Positions 1 to 9,620 of a stretch of DNA of 34,369 nucleotides are shown here, piece after piece. Source of the stretch: Candidatus Woesearchaeota archaeon (GTDB lineage Archaea; Nanobdellota; Nanobdellia; Woesearchaeales; JAADFO01); NCBI GenBank assembly GCA_016926055.1, contig JAFGPE010000026.1:1-34369 (forward strand). Reading direction: 5' to 3'. Position numbers and translations under genes: made by a program. Below the pieces are notes generated by a model that was not told the DNA's origin, ran no database searches, and saw only the letters and a program-made list of their open reading frames with translations. The number at the start of each line of letters is the position of its first letter. Within the stretch, counting starts at the first letter, position 1.

Positions 1-208
1 AAAATCCTCTATGAAATCCGGAAAAAGAATCAAAAAACGCCAATTTCCTGTATATTTTTCCGGAGAGAATCGCTCTTTCTTCAATTCCTCCGGAAGTATT
101 CTGGTTTTTTCTTGTAAAGGCTCATCATTCTGAGCAACAAGAAAAGTTTAATGCAAGAAAGGTTAAGGACAGAAAAACCTGATAAAATCAAAAAAATATT
201 AAGTCGCT

Positions 209-505
209 ATGAAACGAAAGATATCGAATATAATGAGCCGCATCAGCCTGAAGCTTGAAAGAGAGAAAATCGACAGAAGAGAGGTAATAAAAAATATACT
301 CAAGCCAGACAATCTTGTTTTTGTTGGAGTCTCAAAAGCGAAAAATCCAAGCTATGACTTTGTTTATGATTTATATTTCAAGCTGAGCAAAAACAGGATA
401 TTCAAGATTCCGGTGAGCATCAAACCGAAATCTATATATGTGATAACCATTTTTAAGATAAGGAGAAGGATACAAAATGAAGCAATTAAATACTATCAGA
501 AATGA
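209..505 (+). CDS. small basic protein, possible DUF4258/RelE-like toxin partner of the downstream DUF2283 gene
   Basis: ATG-initiated 98-aa ORF. The layout (REKIDRREVIKNIL near the N-terminus, ...SIYVITIFKI near the C-terminus) resembles DUF4258. It overlaps the next gene by 29 nt, and that gene's AGGAGAAGGA ribosome-binding site (461-470) lies inside this ORF. Confidence 0.45.
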   Translation: MKRKISNIMSRISLKLEREKIDRREVIKNILKPDNLVFVGVSKAKNPSYDFVYDLYFKLSKNRIFKIPVSIKPKSIYVITIFKIRRRIQNEAIKYYQK

Positions 506-860
506 GAGATACATCAAGAACCTGAAGTACTCGTATGACAGGCAAAACGACTTATTGTACATATACAGGAAAGACTCTCATGTCTATTCCAATGTAATGA
601 TTGGTGAATTTCACATAGAGTTCGATAAGGTTGGAAAGATTGTTGGAGTAGAAGTACTTAATGCGATAGAAATTCTCCGGGAATACAATGTTGAGAAAAG
701 AATTCTTGAGAATATTGACAATGTCGGGTTAAAGGTTGTGACAAGAAACAACTCTCTGATACTATTCATCGAAATAAACGCTCTTAATGAAACAAAATCA
801 GCAGCTGTCACAATGAACAATCTTGAAATGCCGATTATGCAGAGCATAGCTGAAGCCTAA
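477..860 (+). CDS. DUF2283 family protein (antitoxin-like) with an extra C-terminal extension of about 60 aa
   Basis: 127-aa ORF with an ATG preceded by an SD. It carries the DUF2283 signature: YSYDRQNDLLYIY ... IEFDKVGKIVGVEVLNAIEIL. Confidence 0.7.
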   Translation: MKQLNTIRNERYIKNLKYSYDRQNDLLYIYRKDSHVYSNVMIGEFHIEFDKVGKIVGVEVLNAIEILREYNVEKRILENIDNVGLKVVTRNNSLILFIEINALNETKSAAVTMNNLEMPIMQSIAEA

Positions 861-886
861 TCAAAAATTATAATCCTCCTCAAAAT

Positions 887-1066
887 TCATTCAACAACAA
901 ACACAACAACCTTCTTGCCTATGTAGCGCTTCAGGAAAGGGATTACTGCGCCATTGCCGCTCTTCCTTACAGTCAATGCCTTGCTCTTTGAGTCTGCCGT
1001 GAACATGCCCAGAGCATTGTCTATTCTAATCTTGTTGCTCATGAGCACGTCAACGCTTTTTTTCAT
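887..1066 (-). CDS. small 59-aa protein (below the ORF-track cutoff), possible SpoVT/AbrB-like fold
   Basis: My own translation: MKKSVDVLMSNKIRIDNALGMFTADSKSKALTVRKSGNGAVIPFLKRYIGKKVVVFVVE, ending in TGA at 887-889. ATG at 1064-1066 is preceded by GGTGA (1071-1075) at a 4-nt spacing, the same SD geometry as other genes here. GNGAVIP...G.KVVV resembles the AbrB looped-hinge motif; the functional call is weak. Confidence 0.5.
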   Translation of the reverse strand: MKKSVDVLMSNKIRIDNALGMFTADSKSKALTVRKSGNGAVIPFLKRYIGKKVVVFVVE

Positions 1067-1156
1067 TTTTTCACCTTTTTACGTCTATACTGAGTATATA
1101 CTTGTATTTATGTCTTTCGGAATTCCATGATTGACTGAATTTTTCCAAATCAGAAT

Positions 1157-1765
1157 TTAAGCTGCCCTTCTCATCTTTATCTTCTTCAGCCTTGTGAAGT
1201 TCTCCCTCTCGCGCTCTGCAAGCTTGAAGACTATGCCAATCTTTGTCTTTTCTATCCGTGGCATGATGATGTATTCCAAGGCATTAACCTTTCTTTTTGT
1301 TCTTCCTATCTCCTCGCCAAGGCGCTTGAGTGCAAGCTGCTTCTCAGACAGCTTCAGAAGTACCGGAACAAGGTCTCTATACTGGACAACCGCGGAATCA
1401 AGCTCAAGGGATGACTCGAAATAGCCGAACCAATCATTGCTAACCTTGATTTCCTGAATCTCAGGAAGCTCAACTCCCATTATGCTTTTTTTAGTTACAG
1501 ATATCTGCCCTGTTGGAGGAATGCCGATGACAAATCGTTCCACGTCATGGGAGCCCTGCATTGCCTCGGCCATTCTCAGCGCTTTCTGTGCAGAAGTGAG
1601 TTGTGCTGCAAGCTGCTCCCTGTCCTTCTTTATCCCTTTAAGCATTCTGAAGAATTCAATGACTAAAGCATCTCTCTTCTGTTTCAATAGCTTGTGCCCT
1701 TTCTGGGCCAGCTTTAGCTTCTTTCTTATCTTCAGAAGTTCCATCCTTGTCGGCTTTACGTTCAT
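1157..1765 (-). CDS. atpD: A-type (V-type) ATP synthase subunit D
   Basis: N-terminus [34 protein letters not shown] is the classic subunit D signature. ATGA overlap with atpB. Last gene of the operon. Confidence 0.95.
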   Translation of the reverse strand: MNVKPTRMELLKIRKKLKLAQKGHKLLKQKRDALVIEFFRMLKGIKKDREQLAAQLTSAQKALRMAEAMQGSHDVERFVIGIPPTGQISVTKKSIMGVELPEIQEIKVSNDWFGYFESSLELDSAVVQYRDLVPVLLKLSEKQLALKRLGEEIGRTKRKVNALEYIIMPRIEKTKIGIVFKLAERERENFTRLKKIKMRRAA

Positions 1766-3147
1766 TTCGCCCTCCTGTCGCCGGGATGGTATTTGTTTAT
1801 TATCTCTTCCTTTATCCTCTTAAGCTCTGCCTTTGGAAGCTCTGATAACAACTTCCATGCTATTTCAAGCGTCTGCGCTATGCTTCTGTCCTCATCATGT
1901 CCTTGGTTGACAAATGTATTCTCGAATTTGTCAGCAAACTCAAGATAAAGCTTGTCAGTTTCACCGAGGGACTCCTCCCCAACGACTGCAACTAGGTCGC
2001 GGGCATCTCTTCCATTGGCATAAGCAGAATAAAGCTGGTCAGAAACCATTTGATGGTCCTCTCTCGTTTTGCCATGCCCTATTCCGTGCTTCATAAGTCT
2101 TGATAAGCTCGGAAGAACATCAACCGCAGGATATATTCCTTTCCTATGCAAATCCCTGCTCAGCACAAACTGTCCTTCTGTTATGTATCCTGTCAAGTCC
2201 GCAATTGGATGAGTTATATCGTCGTCAGGCATAGATATGATAGGCATCTGGGTTATTGAACCTTTCTTCCCTTTTATCCTTCCCGCCCGTTCATAGATTG
2301 ATGCAAGGTCGGTGTACATGTAGCCAGGGTATCCTCTTCTTCCCGGAACCTCTGAACGGGCAGCAGCCACTTCCCTCAACGCTTCACAATAATTGGTCAT
2401 GTCTGTCAATATGACAAGAACATGCATGTCTTTCTCATAGGCGAGGTATTCTGCTGTTGTCAGCGCAATCCTTGGCGTGATTATCCTCTCTATTGCAGGG
2501 TTGTTGGCAAGGTTAAGGAACATCACTGTTTTCTCAAAAGACCCTGTTTTCTCAAACTCATCTTTGAAGAACATCGCTTCCTCGTTTGTGATTCCCATAG
2601 CAGCAAACACCACCGCAAAGCTCTCTTTCTTTCCAAGAACCTTCGCCTGCCTCGCTATCTGCGCAGCCAACCTATTGTGCGGAAGTCCTGCCCCTGAGAA
2701 TATGGGCAGTTTCTGGCCCCTGACAAGGGTGTTCATCAAATCAATTGTTGAGATTCCTGTCTGGATGAATTCGGCAGGATACTCCCTTTTGTACGGATTG
2801 ATTGCCAACCCATTTACATCCATCCTCTTGTCCGGAATTATGACCGGGTTGTTGTCAATTGGTCTCCCGATGCCGTCAAATATTCTTCCAAGCATCTCCT
2901 CGCTCAAACCAATCTTCATTATTTCTCCTGTAAAGCTTACCTTTGTGTGTTTTGTGTCAACGCCGAAAGAGCCCTCGAACAGCTGCAGTATTGCCTTGTC
3001 CTCGCTAATCTCGAGTACTTGGCCGAGGCGTTTTTCCCCTGAGGAAAGCAACACCTTTGCAAGCTCCCCATAGCCAACTTTCTTTACTCCCTCGACAATC
3101 ATCAATGGTCCTGTTATTTCCTTGATGGAGGTGTATGCCTTTGTCAT
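1762..3147 (-). CDS. atpB: A-type ATP synthase subunit B (regulatory)
   Basis: 461 aa with conserved blocks [30 protein letters not shown] and SITQMPI. 4-nt overlaps with atpA and atpD. Confidence 0.97.
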   Translation of the reverse strand: MTKAYTSIKEITGPLMIVEGVKKVGYGELAKVLLSSGEKRLGQVLEISEDKAILQLFEGSFGVDTKHTKVSFTGEIMKIGLSEEMLGRIFDGIGRPIDNNPVIIPDKRMDVNGLAINPYKREYPAEFIQTGISTIDLMNTLVRGQKLPIFSGAGLPHNRLAAQIARQAKVLGKKESFAVVFAAMGITNEEAMFFKDEFEKTGSFEKTVMFLNLANNPAIERIITPRIALTTAEYLAYEKDMHVLVILTDMTNYCEALREVAAARSEVPGRRGYPGYMYTDLASIYERAGRIKGKKGSITQMPIISMPDDDITHPIADLTGYITEGQFVLSRDLHRKGIYPAVDVLPSLSRLMKHGIGHGKTREDHQMVSDQLYSAYANGRDARDLVAVVGEESLGETDKLYLEFADKFENTFVNQGHDEDRSIAQTLEIAWKLLSELPKAELKRIKEEIINKYHPGDRRAK

Positions 3148-4895
3148 ATCAATCCCTCCCTGACGCCCTGCTCAAGCTCCTTTTCCGCGAGCAAGGTTAT
3201 ATCCTTGACTTCTTTCCTTATTTCCCTGGAGAATTTCATCCTTGCAATCCTCTCCTTGAATTTGAGCTTCTGAAGCGAGGATGTTTTCAGCCCTTTGCCG
3301 AGCTTTTCCTCCTCTAACTTATGGATGCTCATGATTAGTTTCAGCATCAGGTATTGCTTTTCAAGACTGCAGTATGAATCAACATCATCATAGGCGCTCT
3401 GCTGGAGAAAATCCTCCCTTAGCGATTTTGCAGTATCAAGCATTAATTTGTCATCCTCCCCCAAGGCATCAGGACCGATAAGCTGGACAATTTCCTTCAG
3501 CTCAGATTCCTTCTGCAGAAGGACCATTGCCTCCTTTCTAAGCCTTGTAAACTCAGGACTGACCTTTGTGTTGAAGTAGTCTACCGTATTCTCAAGGTAA
3601 AGAGAATAGCTTGTCAGCCAGTTGACAGAAGGGAAGTGTCGTCTGTATGCAAGAGACGCATCAAGTGCCCAGAACGCCTTTGTTATCCTGAGCGTGTTTT
3701 GGGTAACAGGCTCTGAAAAATCCCCTCCGGGCGGGCTGACTGCGCCAACTATTGACACAGCACCCTCCTTGTTTCCCAGTGTTTTCACCCTGCCTGCCCT
3801 CTCATAAAACTGAGCCAGTCTCGATGAAAGATAGGCGGGATATCCCTCCTCTCCAGGCATCTCCTCGAGCCTTGATGATATTTCCCTCATCGCCTCCGCC
3901 CATCTCGAGGTTGAGTCTGCCATCAATGCGACAGAATATCCCATGTCCCTGAAGTATTCTGCAATTGTAACCCCTGTATAGACAGATGCCTCCCTCGCCG
4001 CCACTGGCATGTTCGATGTATTTGCTACTATCACTGTCCTCTCCATAAGGGGCTTTCCTGTCTTCGGGTCAAGAAGGCTTGGAAACTCATTAAGGACCTC
4101 TGTCATCTCATTGCCCCTTTCCCCACAACCAACATAAACAATGATGTCTGCATCGGACCATTTTGCAAGATTTTGCTGGGCCACGGTTTTTCCTGCGCCA
4201 AAAGGACCGGGGATTGCCGCTGTACCTCCTTTTGCTATCGGAAAAAAAGTGTCGAAAACCCTTTGTCCGGTAACAAGCGGGACTGAGGGGGGAAGCCTTG
4301 TTCTTATCGGCCTTGGCCTTCTGACAGCCCATTTCTGGTGCATCCTTATTCTTTCTTCTCCGTTTCTTGTTTTTACAACTGCAATGGTTTCCTCAACTGT
4401 AAAATTCCCTCTGTTTATCTTGATTATCTTTCCTGAAATAGTGCCTGGGACAACTATTCTGTGCTCTATGATTCCTGTCTCCTTCACTGTGCCGATGATG
4501 TCGCCCGCCTTTACTTTGTCCCCTTTTTTTACAGCAGGATTAAACTTAAATTTTCTTCTCTTATCCAAACCCGGAACATCTATGCCTTTTGAAATAAAAC
4601 TGCCTGACTTTTTTGCTATTGCCTCCAGTGGTCTTCCAACCCCATCATATATGTTGTTAAGAAGCCCTGGACCAAGGTCTATCTGCAACGGCGCTCCTGT
4701 TGAAACAACTATTTCTCCTGGCTGTAAGCCGTTTGTATCCTCATAAACCTGGATTATTGCATTGTCTTCCCTTAGTTGGATTATCTCGCCTATCAGCTTC
4801 TCAGTTCCCGCCCTTACAAGCTCAAACATCTTTGCACCTTTCATCCCTCTTGCCTCGATAACTGGTCCGCTGATTCTCGAAATTATGCCCATCAT
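3144..4895 (-). CDS. atpA: A-type ATP synthase subunit A (catalytic)
   Basis: 583 aa. Walker [10 protein letters not shown], plus [17 protein letters not shown] and [12 protein letters not shown] blocks typical of A/V-type catalytic subunits. Confidence 0.97.
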   Translation of the reverse strand: MMGIISRISGPVIEARGMKGAKMFELVRAGTEKLIGEIIQLREDNAIIQVYEDTNGLQPGEIVVSTGAPLQIDLGPGLLNNIYDGVGRPLEAIAKKSGSFISKGIDVPGLDKRRKFKFNPAVKKGDKVKAGDIIGTVKETGIIEHRIVVPGTISGKIIKINRGNFTVEETIAVVKTRNGEERIRMHQKWAVRRPRPIRTRLPPSVPLVTGQRVFDTFFPIAKGGTAAIPGPFGAGKTVAQQNLAKWSDADIIVYVGCGERGNEMTEVLNEFPSLLDPKTGKPLMERTVIVANTSNMPVAAREASVYTGVTIAEYFRDMGYSVALMADSTSRWAEAMREISSRLEEMPGEEGYPAYLSSRLAQFYERAGRVKTLGNKEGAVSIVGAVSPPGGDFSEPVTQNTLRITKAFWALDASLAYRRHFPSVNWLTSYSLYLENTVDYFNTKVSPEFTRLRKEAMVLLQKESELKEIVQLIGPDALGEDDKLMLDTAKSLREDFLQQSAYDDVDSYCSLEKQYLMLKLIMSIHKLEEEKLGKGLKTSSLQKLKFKERIARMKFSREIRKEVKDITLLAEKELEQGVREGLI

Positions 4896-5179
4896 TTCAC
4901 CTCTATCTCCATTCCTACTGCAGCCTTGATTATTCTTCTCAAATCATCTATTCTCCCCATCTGTTCAGCTTCGTCAGGAAGAGTTATAAGATTCCTGAAG
5001 CCTTGAAGCTCGGGAACCATTTCAATAACGCTGGTATTTGCAATGATAAAATCATCCTTGTGAAGCTCTTTCGTTACTTTGATACCCTTCTGTCTCTCCT
5101 CTATTACAAAGCACTGCCCGATTCCGGAAAGCCTCATCCCAAAAACAAATTCCTCGTTCCCAAGAATCTTTATATTCAT
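4892..5179 (-). CDS. atpF: A-type ATP synthase subunit F
   Basis: 95 aa with the subunit F-like N-terminus [18 protein letters not shown]. Sits between atpC and atpA with ATGA overlaps. Confidence 0.85.
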   Translation of the reverse strand: MNIKILGNEEFVFGMRLSGIGQCFVIEERQKGIKVTKELHKDDFIIANTSVIEMVPELQGFRNLITLPDEAEQMGRIDDLRRIIKAAVGMEIEVK

Positions 5180-6261
5180 GTTACCATCTCCATTATCTCC
5201 GCACGGCCCATCTTTGCATGGATTCCCTTGCTGATTGAAAGAAGATTATGAAACTCGTTTTCTTTCTTTGCAAGGTAAACAAACAAAGGATACGGGCCAA
5301 TTGAATGGCTGAGCTCTCTTTCTTGAACAAAGTTCTTGTAAAGCTTTCTTAGCTCTTTTTCAAAATGGTACAAGGATTTGTCTTTTTCGTATCCTGCAAG
5401 GGCTTTCATCAGGGAATCTTCAAATAATGTTCCCTTGCATAGCTTAGCAATATCCTCAATCTTGCCAGCTTTTATCAGCTCAGAATGAAGTTTTGAAAGC
5501 CCTGAATCATTAATTATAAGAAGATTGCTTCTTTTTTCGGCAGGAACTTTTCTTGATACTGCCTTCATAAGTGCCATGATGTTCATCACATCTATCTTTG
5601 TATTTATCATCTCGCAAATCAATTTTGAGTCGTGCATTCTTGTGCTTTTTGTTTCCTCAAGCAGGTTCTCGAAAGCGAATCTGTCAATCTCAGACTCAAA
5701 TTCTTCAAGGCTTTTGTATTCCTTTTTCATTATGCCTGAATAAACTGTCTTTGAAAAAAGCCCTCTTAGTCTTTTAATGTCTGTTGCCTGATTCATCCTG
5801 TCAAGCAAATCTGTTGTTATGCTGCCGACAGGAAATAGAATCCACTCATTTGCATCAGCTCCTGAAAACCTTGACCTATAGACGGCTTTTATCATCTTCA
5901 CCTCCCAGAGCATCAGATAGGCATCAAGAATCCTGCTGACTCTTTTTGGTGAAATCTCCTTCAAGTCGACAATGGATTCTACAAAGCTCTTTTCTATTAA
6001 AGAGTGGAACCCTTTCAAATCCGTTTTAATATTCTCCTCGCCGAGGTAATCGCTGGCCTCCAGATGGCTTATTAGTTCGTGGACTGTTCTTGACTCAGAA
6101 AGCTCGCTTAACTTTTTCTTCCCGATGATGTTCCTGCTTCTTGACTGTATTATTGCATTAGAGTAGAAGAAAGGCATCACGGGGTTTACATGTCTGAACA
6201 CAAAAAAGAACACGGTTGCTACCAGAAATGCTGAAAATGCGACTATCAATATGGGTTCCAT
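5176..6261 (-). CDS. atpC: A-type ATP synthase subunit C (V-type d homologue) with an unusual hydrophobic N-terminal extension
   Basis: 361 aa, helical, at the operon position between atpE and atpF. The region from YSNAIIQSRSRN onward matches the usual subunit C start. The first ~25 residues (EPILIVAFSAFLVATVFFFVF) look transmembrane. ATG at 6259-6261 is only 3 nt from the atpE stop. Confidence 0.85.
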   Translation of the reverse strand: MEPILIVAFSAFLVATVFFFVFRHVNPVMPFFYSNAIIQSRSRNIIGKKKLSELSESRTVHELISHLEASDYLGEENIKTDLKGFHSLIEKSFVESIVDLKEISPKRVSRILDAYLMLWEVKMIKAVYRSRFSGADANEWILFPVGSITTDLLDRMNQATDIKRLRGLFSKTVYSGIMKKEYKSLEEFESEIDRFAFENLLEETKSTRMHDSKLICEMINTKIDVMNIMALMKAVSRKVPAEKRSNLLIINDSGLSKLHSELIKAGKIEDIAKLCKGTLFEDSLMKALAGYEKDKSLYHFEKELRKLYKNFVQERELSHSIGPYPLFVYLAKKENEFHNLLSISKGIHAKMGRAEIMEMVT

Positions 6262-6264
6262 TTT

Positions 6265-6807
6265 TCATTCACCGAAAAGCTTCCTGCTTGCGATGTATCT
6301 TAACTCGTCTTTCTTTGATTCAAGAAGGGAATCGACTGTAAAGTCGAATATTGTGCCATTTCCCTCCAATATCGTGCCATTTATTGTCCTGTCAATTCTG
6401 AAATTCTGAAAGTGCTTTCTGTATGATTCAGAACTTCCAACGCATGAAAGGTTCTTTTCTCCCCTTACCCTTGACTTTACAAAGTCAATATAGCTCTGAG
6501 TGAGAATGATTGCTTTGGCATCCTTACGCACCTTTTCAAGAACCTTCCTTATTAATCTCTCCTTCAAGTCATTTTGTTTTAACCTGAGTCTGAGCTTTTC
6601 CTCATTCAGCAGCTTTGTGTAAAGCTGATGTCTTTCCCTTGAAAGGAGTATTCTGTGCTCTTTTCTCATTCCCGAAAGATTCTCATTGCTCTCCTTTCTC
6701 AGCATATCGATCTGCCTATCCGCATTTTTCCTTATTTCTGCGTAGAGCTTGTCGTATCTCTTTTCCACTGCTTTCTTTATTCTGGAGACGCTGCCGTGAA
6801 TAATCAT
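6265..6807 (-). CDS. atpE: A-type ATP synthase subunit E (peripheral stalk)
   Basis: 180 aa with a long charged N-terminal helix and a globular C-terminus ending ...RKLFGE. Operon position between atpK and atpC. Confidence 0.8.
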   Translation of the reverse strand: MIIHGSVSRIKKAVEKRYDKLYAEIRKNADRQIDMLRKESNENLSGMRKEHRILLSRERHQLYTKLLNEEKLRLRLKQNDLKERLIRKVLEKVRKDAKAIILTQSYIDFVKSRVRGEKNLSCVGSSESYRKHFQNFRIDRTINGTILEGNGTIFDFTVDSLLESKKDELRYIASRKLFGE

Positions 6808-6809
6808 TT

Positions 6810-7289
6810 TTAGCCCAGTACTCCAAGACCCACAACAAGCAGTATCAACGACGCTATGAAGCCGAATATTGCGGGGGTTTCTGACTGTCCTGCAAAGACT
6901 ATGCTCGGCACAAATGCCTCCTGATTTTTTGCAGTTGCAACCACTCCTGATGCCGCAATCAGGCCCTGCATGATTGCAGAGAGGCTTGTTATGGCAACTA
7001 GGATTCCTGCACCAAGCATTGCCAGCCCCTGGTAGGGGGTTATTGACTTTTCTGTTCCAAGCAGCCCTGCACCCATAAAAATAAGCAATGCTGTTATGAA
7101 AGCATAGATTGTCTGTGTCTGGGGCAAAGCCTGAAGCACCAGTCCATTCTTGAAATTCTCCTTGTTCTCGGAAACTGCGCCTGCTGCGGCAATGCCTGCA
7201 GCCTTTACTCCAAGGGCTGTGCTTAACCCCGCAGTACCTAAAGCGATTGCTGCTCCGCCAATAGCAAATATTGTTCCGCTACCTATCAT
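6810..7289 (-). CDS. atpK: A-type ATP synthase proteolipid subunit K (c), duplicated double-hairpin form
   Basis: 159 aa, Gly/Ala-rich, four hydrophobic helices. The two halves align at an 80-residue offset. Glu137 (SETPAIFGF) is present in hairpin 2, but the equivalent position in hairpin 1 is Gln57 (PQTQTIYAF). Confidence 0.9.
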   Translation of the reverse strand: MIGSGTIFAIGGAAIALGTAGLSTALGVKAAGIAAAGAVSENKENFKNGLVLQALPQTQTIYAFITALLIFMGAGLLGTEKSITPYQGLAMLGAGILVAITSLSAIMQGLIAASGVVATAKNQEAFVPSIVFAGQSETPAIFGFIASLILLVVGLGVLG

Positions 7290-9175
7290 CTTCTCACCTC
7301 GGTTATTTTTCTTTGAGCCTCAAAAGCCCTGTATTCCTTTCCTCCTCCCTCGTAAAATTTCTGAAAAAACTCAAGAAAGTGAAGCCTCAAGCCATGTATA
7401 AACCCGCCAAGGCTGTTCATGACAATGTTGAAAGTATGGCCTATGATGAAGATAATTACTGCGAGGACAACTCCTGCATAAGGTACCTTTTCCATTGCAA
7501 GAAACGTCATGAAGTTTACCGCAAGGGATATTCCTGAAGTCCCTATTCCTAGCGCCATTAGCCTTGCATAAGAGAATGTGTCGCCTACATATGACATAAA
7601 ACCGAAGACAGAAAGCAGACCTGAAATAAAGCCGCTCTCCCTGGAAACAAAAAAGAGCTGCAGCACTGTATCCGTAACAAGAACGACCAATCCAAGAATC
7701 CTCAAAAAGCTGACTCCGGATATCATGCACAATATTGAAAGAACAAAAACAATCCATACTCCTTGCTCTGTGAAGGCCTTCATGACTCTTTTATTTCTCA
7801 CATTCTCTCTGAATCCGATAACCAAGCCGGTTATCATGTGAAGTGTGCCTATCGACAGAACTATTCCCAGCGTCAGAAGGACTTGTTTCATTGAATCTAT
7901 AACTACCGGAAGATTCAAGCCAATCCTCTGCCAGAAATCTCCGAAGTAACTGCTGAAAACTATTCCGAGAATCATTGTTGATACCCCGAACCACATCAGG
8001 ATGTGGCCAAAAGTTGCTGCTGAACTGCTTCTTCTTGCCGCAGTGAAGTAGATGAACACAGATGCTGCAAAAAGAATCATCCCGTATACAAAATCTGTAA
8101 GCATAAAACCGAAGAACAACGGCAGAAAAACTGCAATTATCATCGTTGGGTCAAACCTCTTATACTTCGGGACAGAATAAAGCCTTGTGATTGCCTCGAA
8201 TGGCTTTGCAAAGGCTGAATTGTTCAATTGTGTCGGCGCATCATCCCGCTCGGTCGATTCAATATAGTACAGTCTTGTTGTTTCTTTCACTGCCCCTTCA
8301 AAAAGCTCAAACTCTCTTTCAGGCACCCACGCTTCCAGAATCGAAAAAGATTTGGAAGCTCCAAACATCCTAAGTGCTGAAAGTCGTTCCCTGCAGATGC
8401 AGAGCTCCTCGTGGATTGCCCTGATTTCATCAAGATAAAGGGAGGCATTCTTCTTCAGAACAAGCCCGACAGAGCTCTCTGTCTCCTCGAGCTCCAATAT
8501 CTCTTCCCTCATCAAATCAATTATCTCGCTCGGTTTTTTCTTCTTAAGCGGTATTTGTATCTCGTGAAAGCCGTGCTCATTGAGTGTTTTTTTTATCAGC
8601 GGTGCATCTTCGCAAAGACAGATAACGCATGCGAAAGCCATGTTGCCTTTCTTTCCGCTCTCGAGCAGCACAGCTTTGTCCTTTGTTTCAGAAACCAACT
8701 CCTTAAGCGATTTCTTCATGATTAAGCCGGGAATCCTCACTACATTCTCCGTGCTTTCAAAAGAATCTGTTCTCATGTCAGGAAGCATCTTCATTATTCC
8801 TGCCAGTGACCTGAGTTCGTGCAACTTTTCATGAATCGATTTAAGCTCGTGGTCTGACATAAGTATCTTGGACTCTATTGCAGATATTCTTTTCTCTGAG
8901 TTTTCAATTGTTTCATTATTTGATTTCGCTTTTGTCCTGAATGGATTATGCTTTTCTTTCTCTGAGTGGCAGCTGAGGATTTCAGAAAGATTATTGGCCC
9001 TTGAAATCAGGGAGTTGATTTGAATGACATTCTCCTGGGAATATTTTTCAGGAAGCTTGTGTTCTGATTTCTTAAGCTCACAGACTCCGATGTTATGGAG
9101 GTTGAATATTAAATCATCTACTTTGTTCTCTGGAAAAAAAAGAGTTACATGGTTCATTGTCAGCGGTCTTCCCAT
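7286..9175 (-). CDS. atpI: A-type ATP synthase subunit I (a-subunit, stator/ion channel)
   Basis: Soluble N-terminal half plus a polytopic C-terminal half with the conserved Arg block FSYARLMALG. The track start at 9184 is TTG. ATG at 9173-9175 gives MGRPLTMNHVTLFF, which matches typical subunit I N-termini. Confidence 0.9.
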   Translation of the reverse strand: MGRPLTMNHVTLFFPENKVDDLIFNLHNIGVCELKKSEHKLPEKYSQENVIQINSLISRANNLSEILSCHSEKEKHNPFRTKAKSNNETIENSEKRISAIESKILMSDHELKSIHEKLHELRSLAGIMKMLPDMRTDSFESTENVVRIPGLIMKKSLKELVSETKDKAVLLESGKKGNMAFACVICLCEDAPLIKKTLNEHGFHEIQIPLKKKKPSEIIDLMREEILELEETESSVGLVLKKNASLYLDEIRAIHEELCICRERLSALRMFGASKSFSILEAWVPEREFELFEGAVKETTRLYYIESTERDDAPTQLNNSAFAKPFEAITRLYSVPKYKRFDPTMIIAVFLPLFFGFMLTDFVYGMILFAASVFIYFTAARRSSSAATFGHILMWFGVSTMILGIVFSSYFGDFWQRIGLNLPVVIDSMKQVLLTLGIVLSIGTLHMITGLVIGFRENVRNKRVMKAFTEQGVWIVFVLSILCMISGVSFLRILGLVVLVTDTVLQLFFVSRESGFISGLLSVFGFMSYVGDTFSYARLMALGIGTSGISLAVNFMTFLAMEKVPYAGVVLAVIIFIIGHTFNIVMNSLGGFIHGLRLHFLEFFQKFYEGGGKEYRAFEAQRKITEVRR

Positions 9176-9184
9176 AGCAATCAA

Positions 9185-9520
9185 CTATTTCAACAACTCT
9201 CCGAGCACAGCCTCTTTTGCTGCATTGAAGTTTTGCGAGAACAGCTCTTCAACCCTTTTTCCTGACTTTTTCTGTCCTTTCGCAAGCAGCATGCCCTCTT
9301 TTCTCACATCCTCCTTCACCCTCTTAATCATCATTGCTTTTTTCTTCTCAAAGAATAAATCTTGTTCACCAATTTTTTTATCAAACCTCTTTCTTGCATT
9401 CTCGATTCTTAACTCCGAATCTCTCTGAAGTTTAATAAGCTTTGATTCCTTTGATTCCTCAAACTTTTTTAACTCTTCGATAACACTGGCGCCATTTACA
9501 CTGTCATCTCCTTTAATCAT
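9185..9520 (-). CDS. atpH: A-type ATP synthase subunit H (peripheral stalk, G-like)
   Basis: Small, highly charged helical protein and first gene of the atpHIKECFABD order. The track start at 9526 is GTG. ATG at 9518-9520 lies 5 nt downstream of GAGGGG (SD-like). Confidence 0.7.
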   Translation of the reverse strand: MIKGDDSVNGASVIEELKKFEESKESKLIKLQRDSELRIENARKRFDKKIGEQDLFFEKKKAMMIKRVKEDVRKEGMLLAKGQKKSGKRVEELFSQNFNAAKEAVLGELLK

Positions 9521-9620
9521 GCTCACCCCTCATGCTTGGTTAAAAAGTGTGTTTTTAAATCTTTCTCGAAATCACATTAATATCATCATTACAACAGTTT
9601 AAGTAAAGAACAAGTCGTTG

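Noticed and set aside
1-117. Frame-1 plus-strand reading frame open from the window edge to TAA at 115-117, containing three TCCGGA palindromes (17-22, 59-64, 89-94) all in the same codon phase.
   Set aside because: With only 38 codons and no upstream context I cannot tell a gene 3' end from non-coding DNA. The shared phase of the palindromes (x-Arg-K/R codons) fits either coding repetition or chance. Not reportable as a feature.
2477-3073. Long antisense ORFs opposite strongly recognisable genes. Examples: 2477-3073 (+) and 4141-4746 (+) inside atpB/atpA, 11963-12622 (-) inside ftsZ, 20878-21288 (-) inside the PEPCK-like gene, and 16910-17299 (+) inside the GT2-TPR gene.
   Set aside because: They are shadow frames of genes with clear family signatures. 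Their translations are low-complexity (Ser/Pro/Leu/Phe-rich), lack start signals and have no recognisable motifs.
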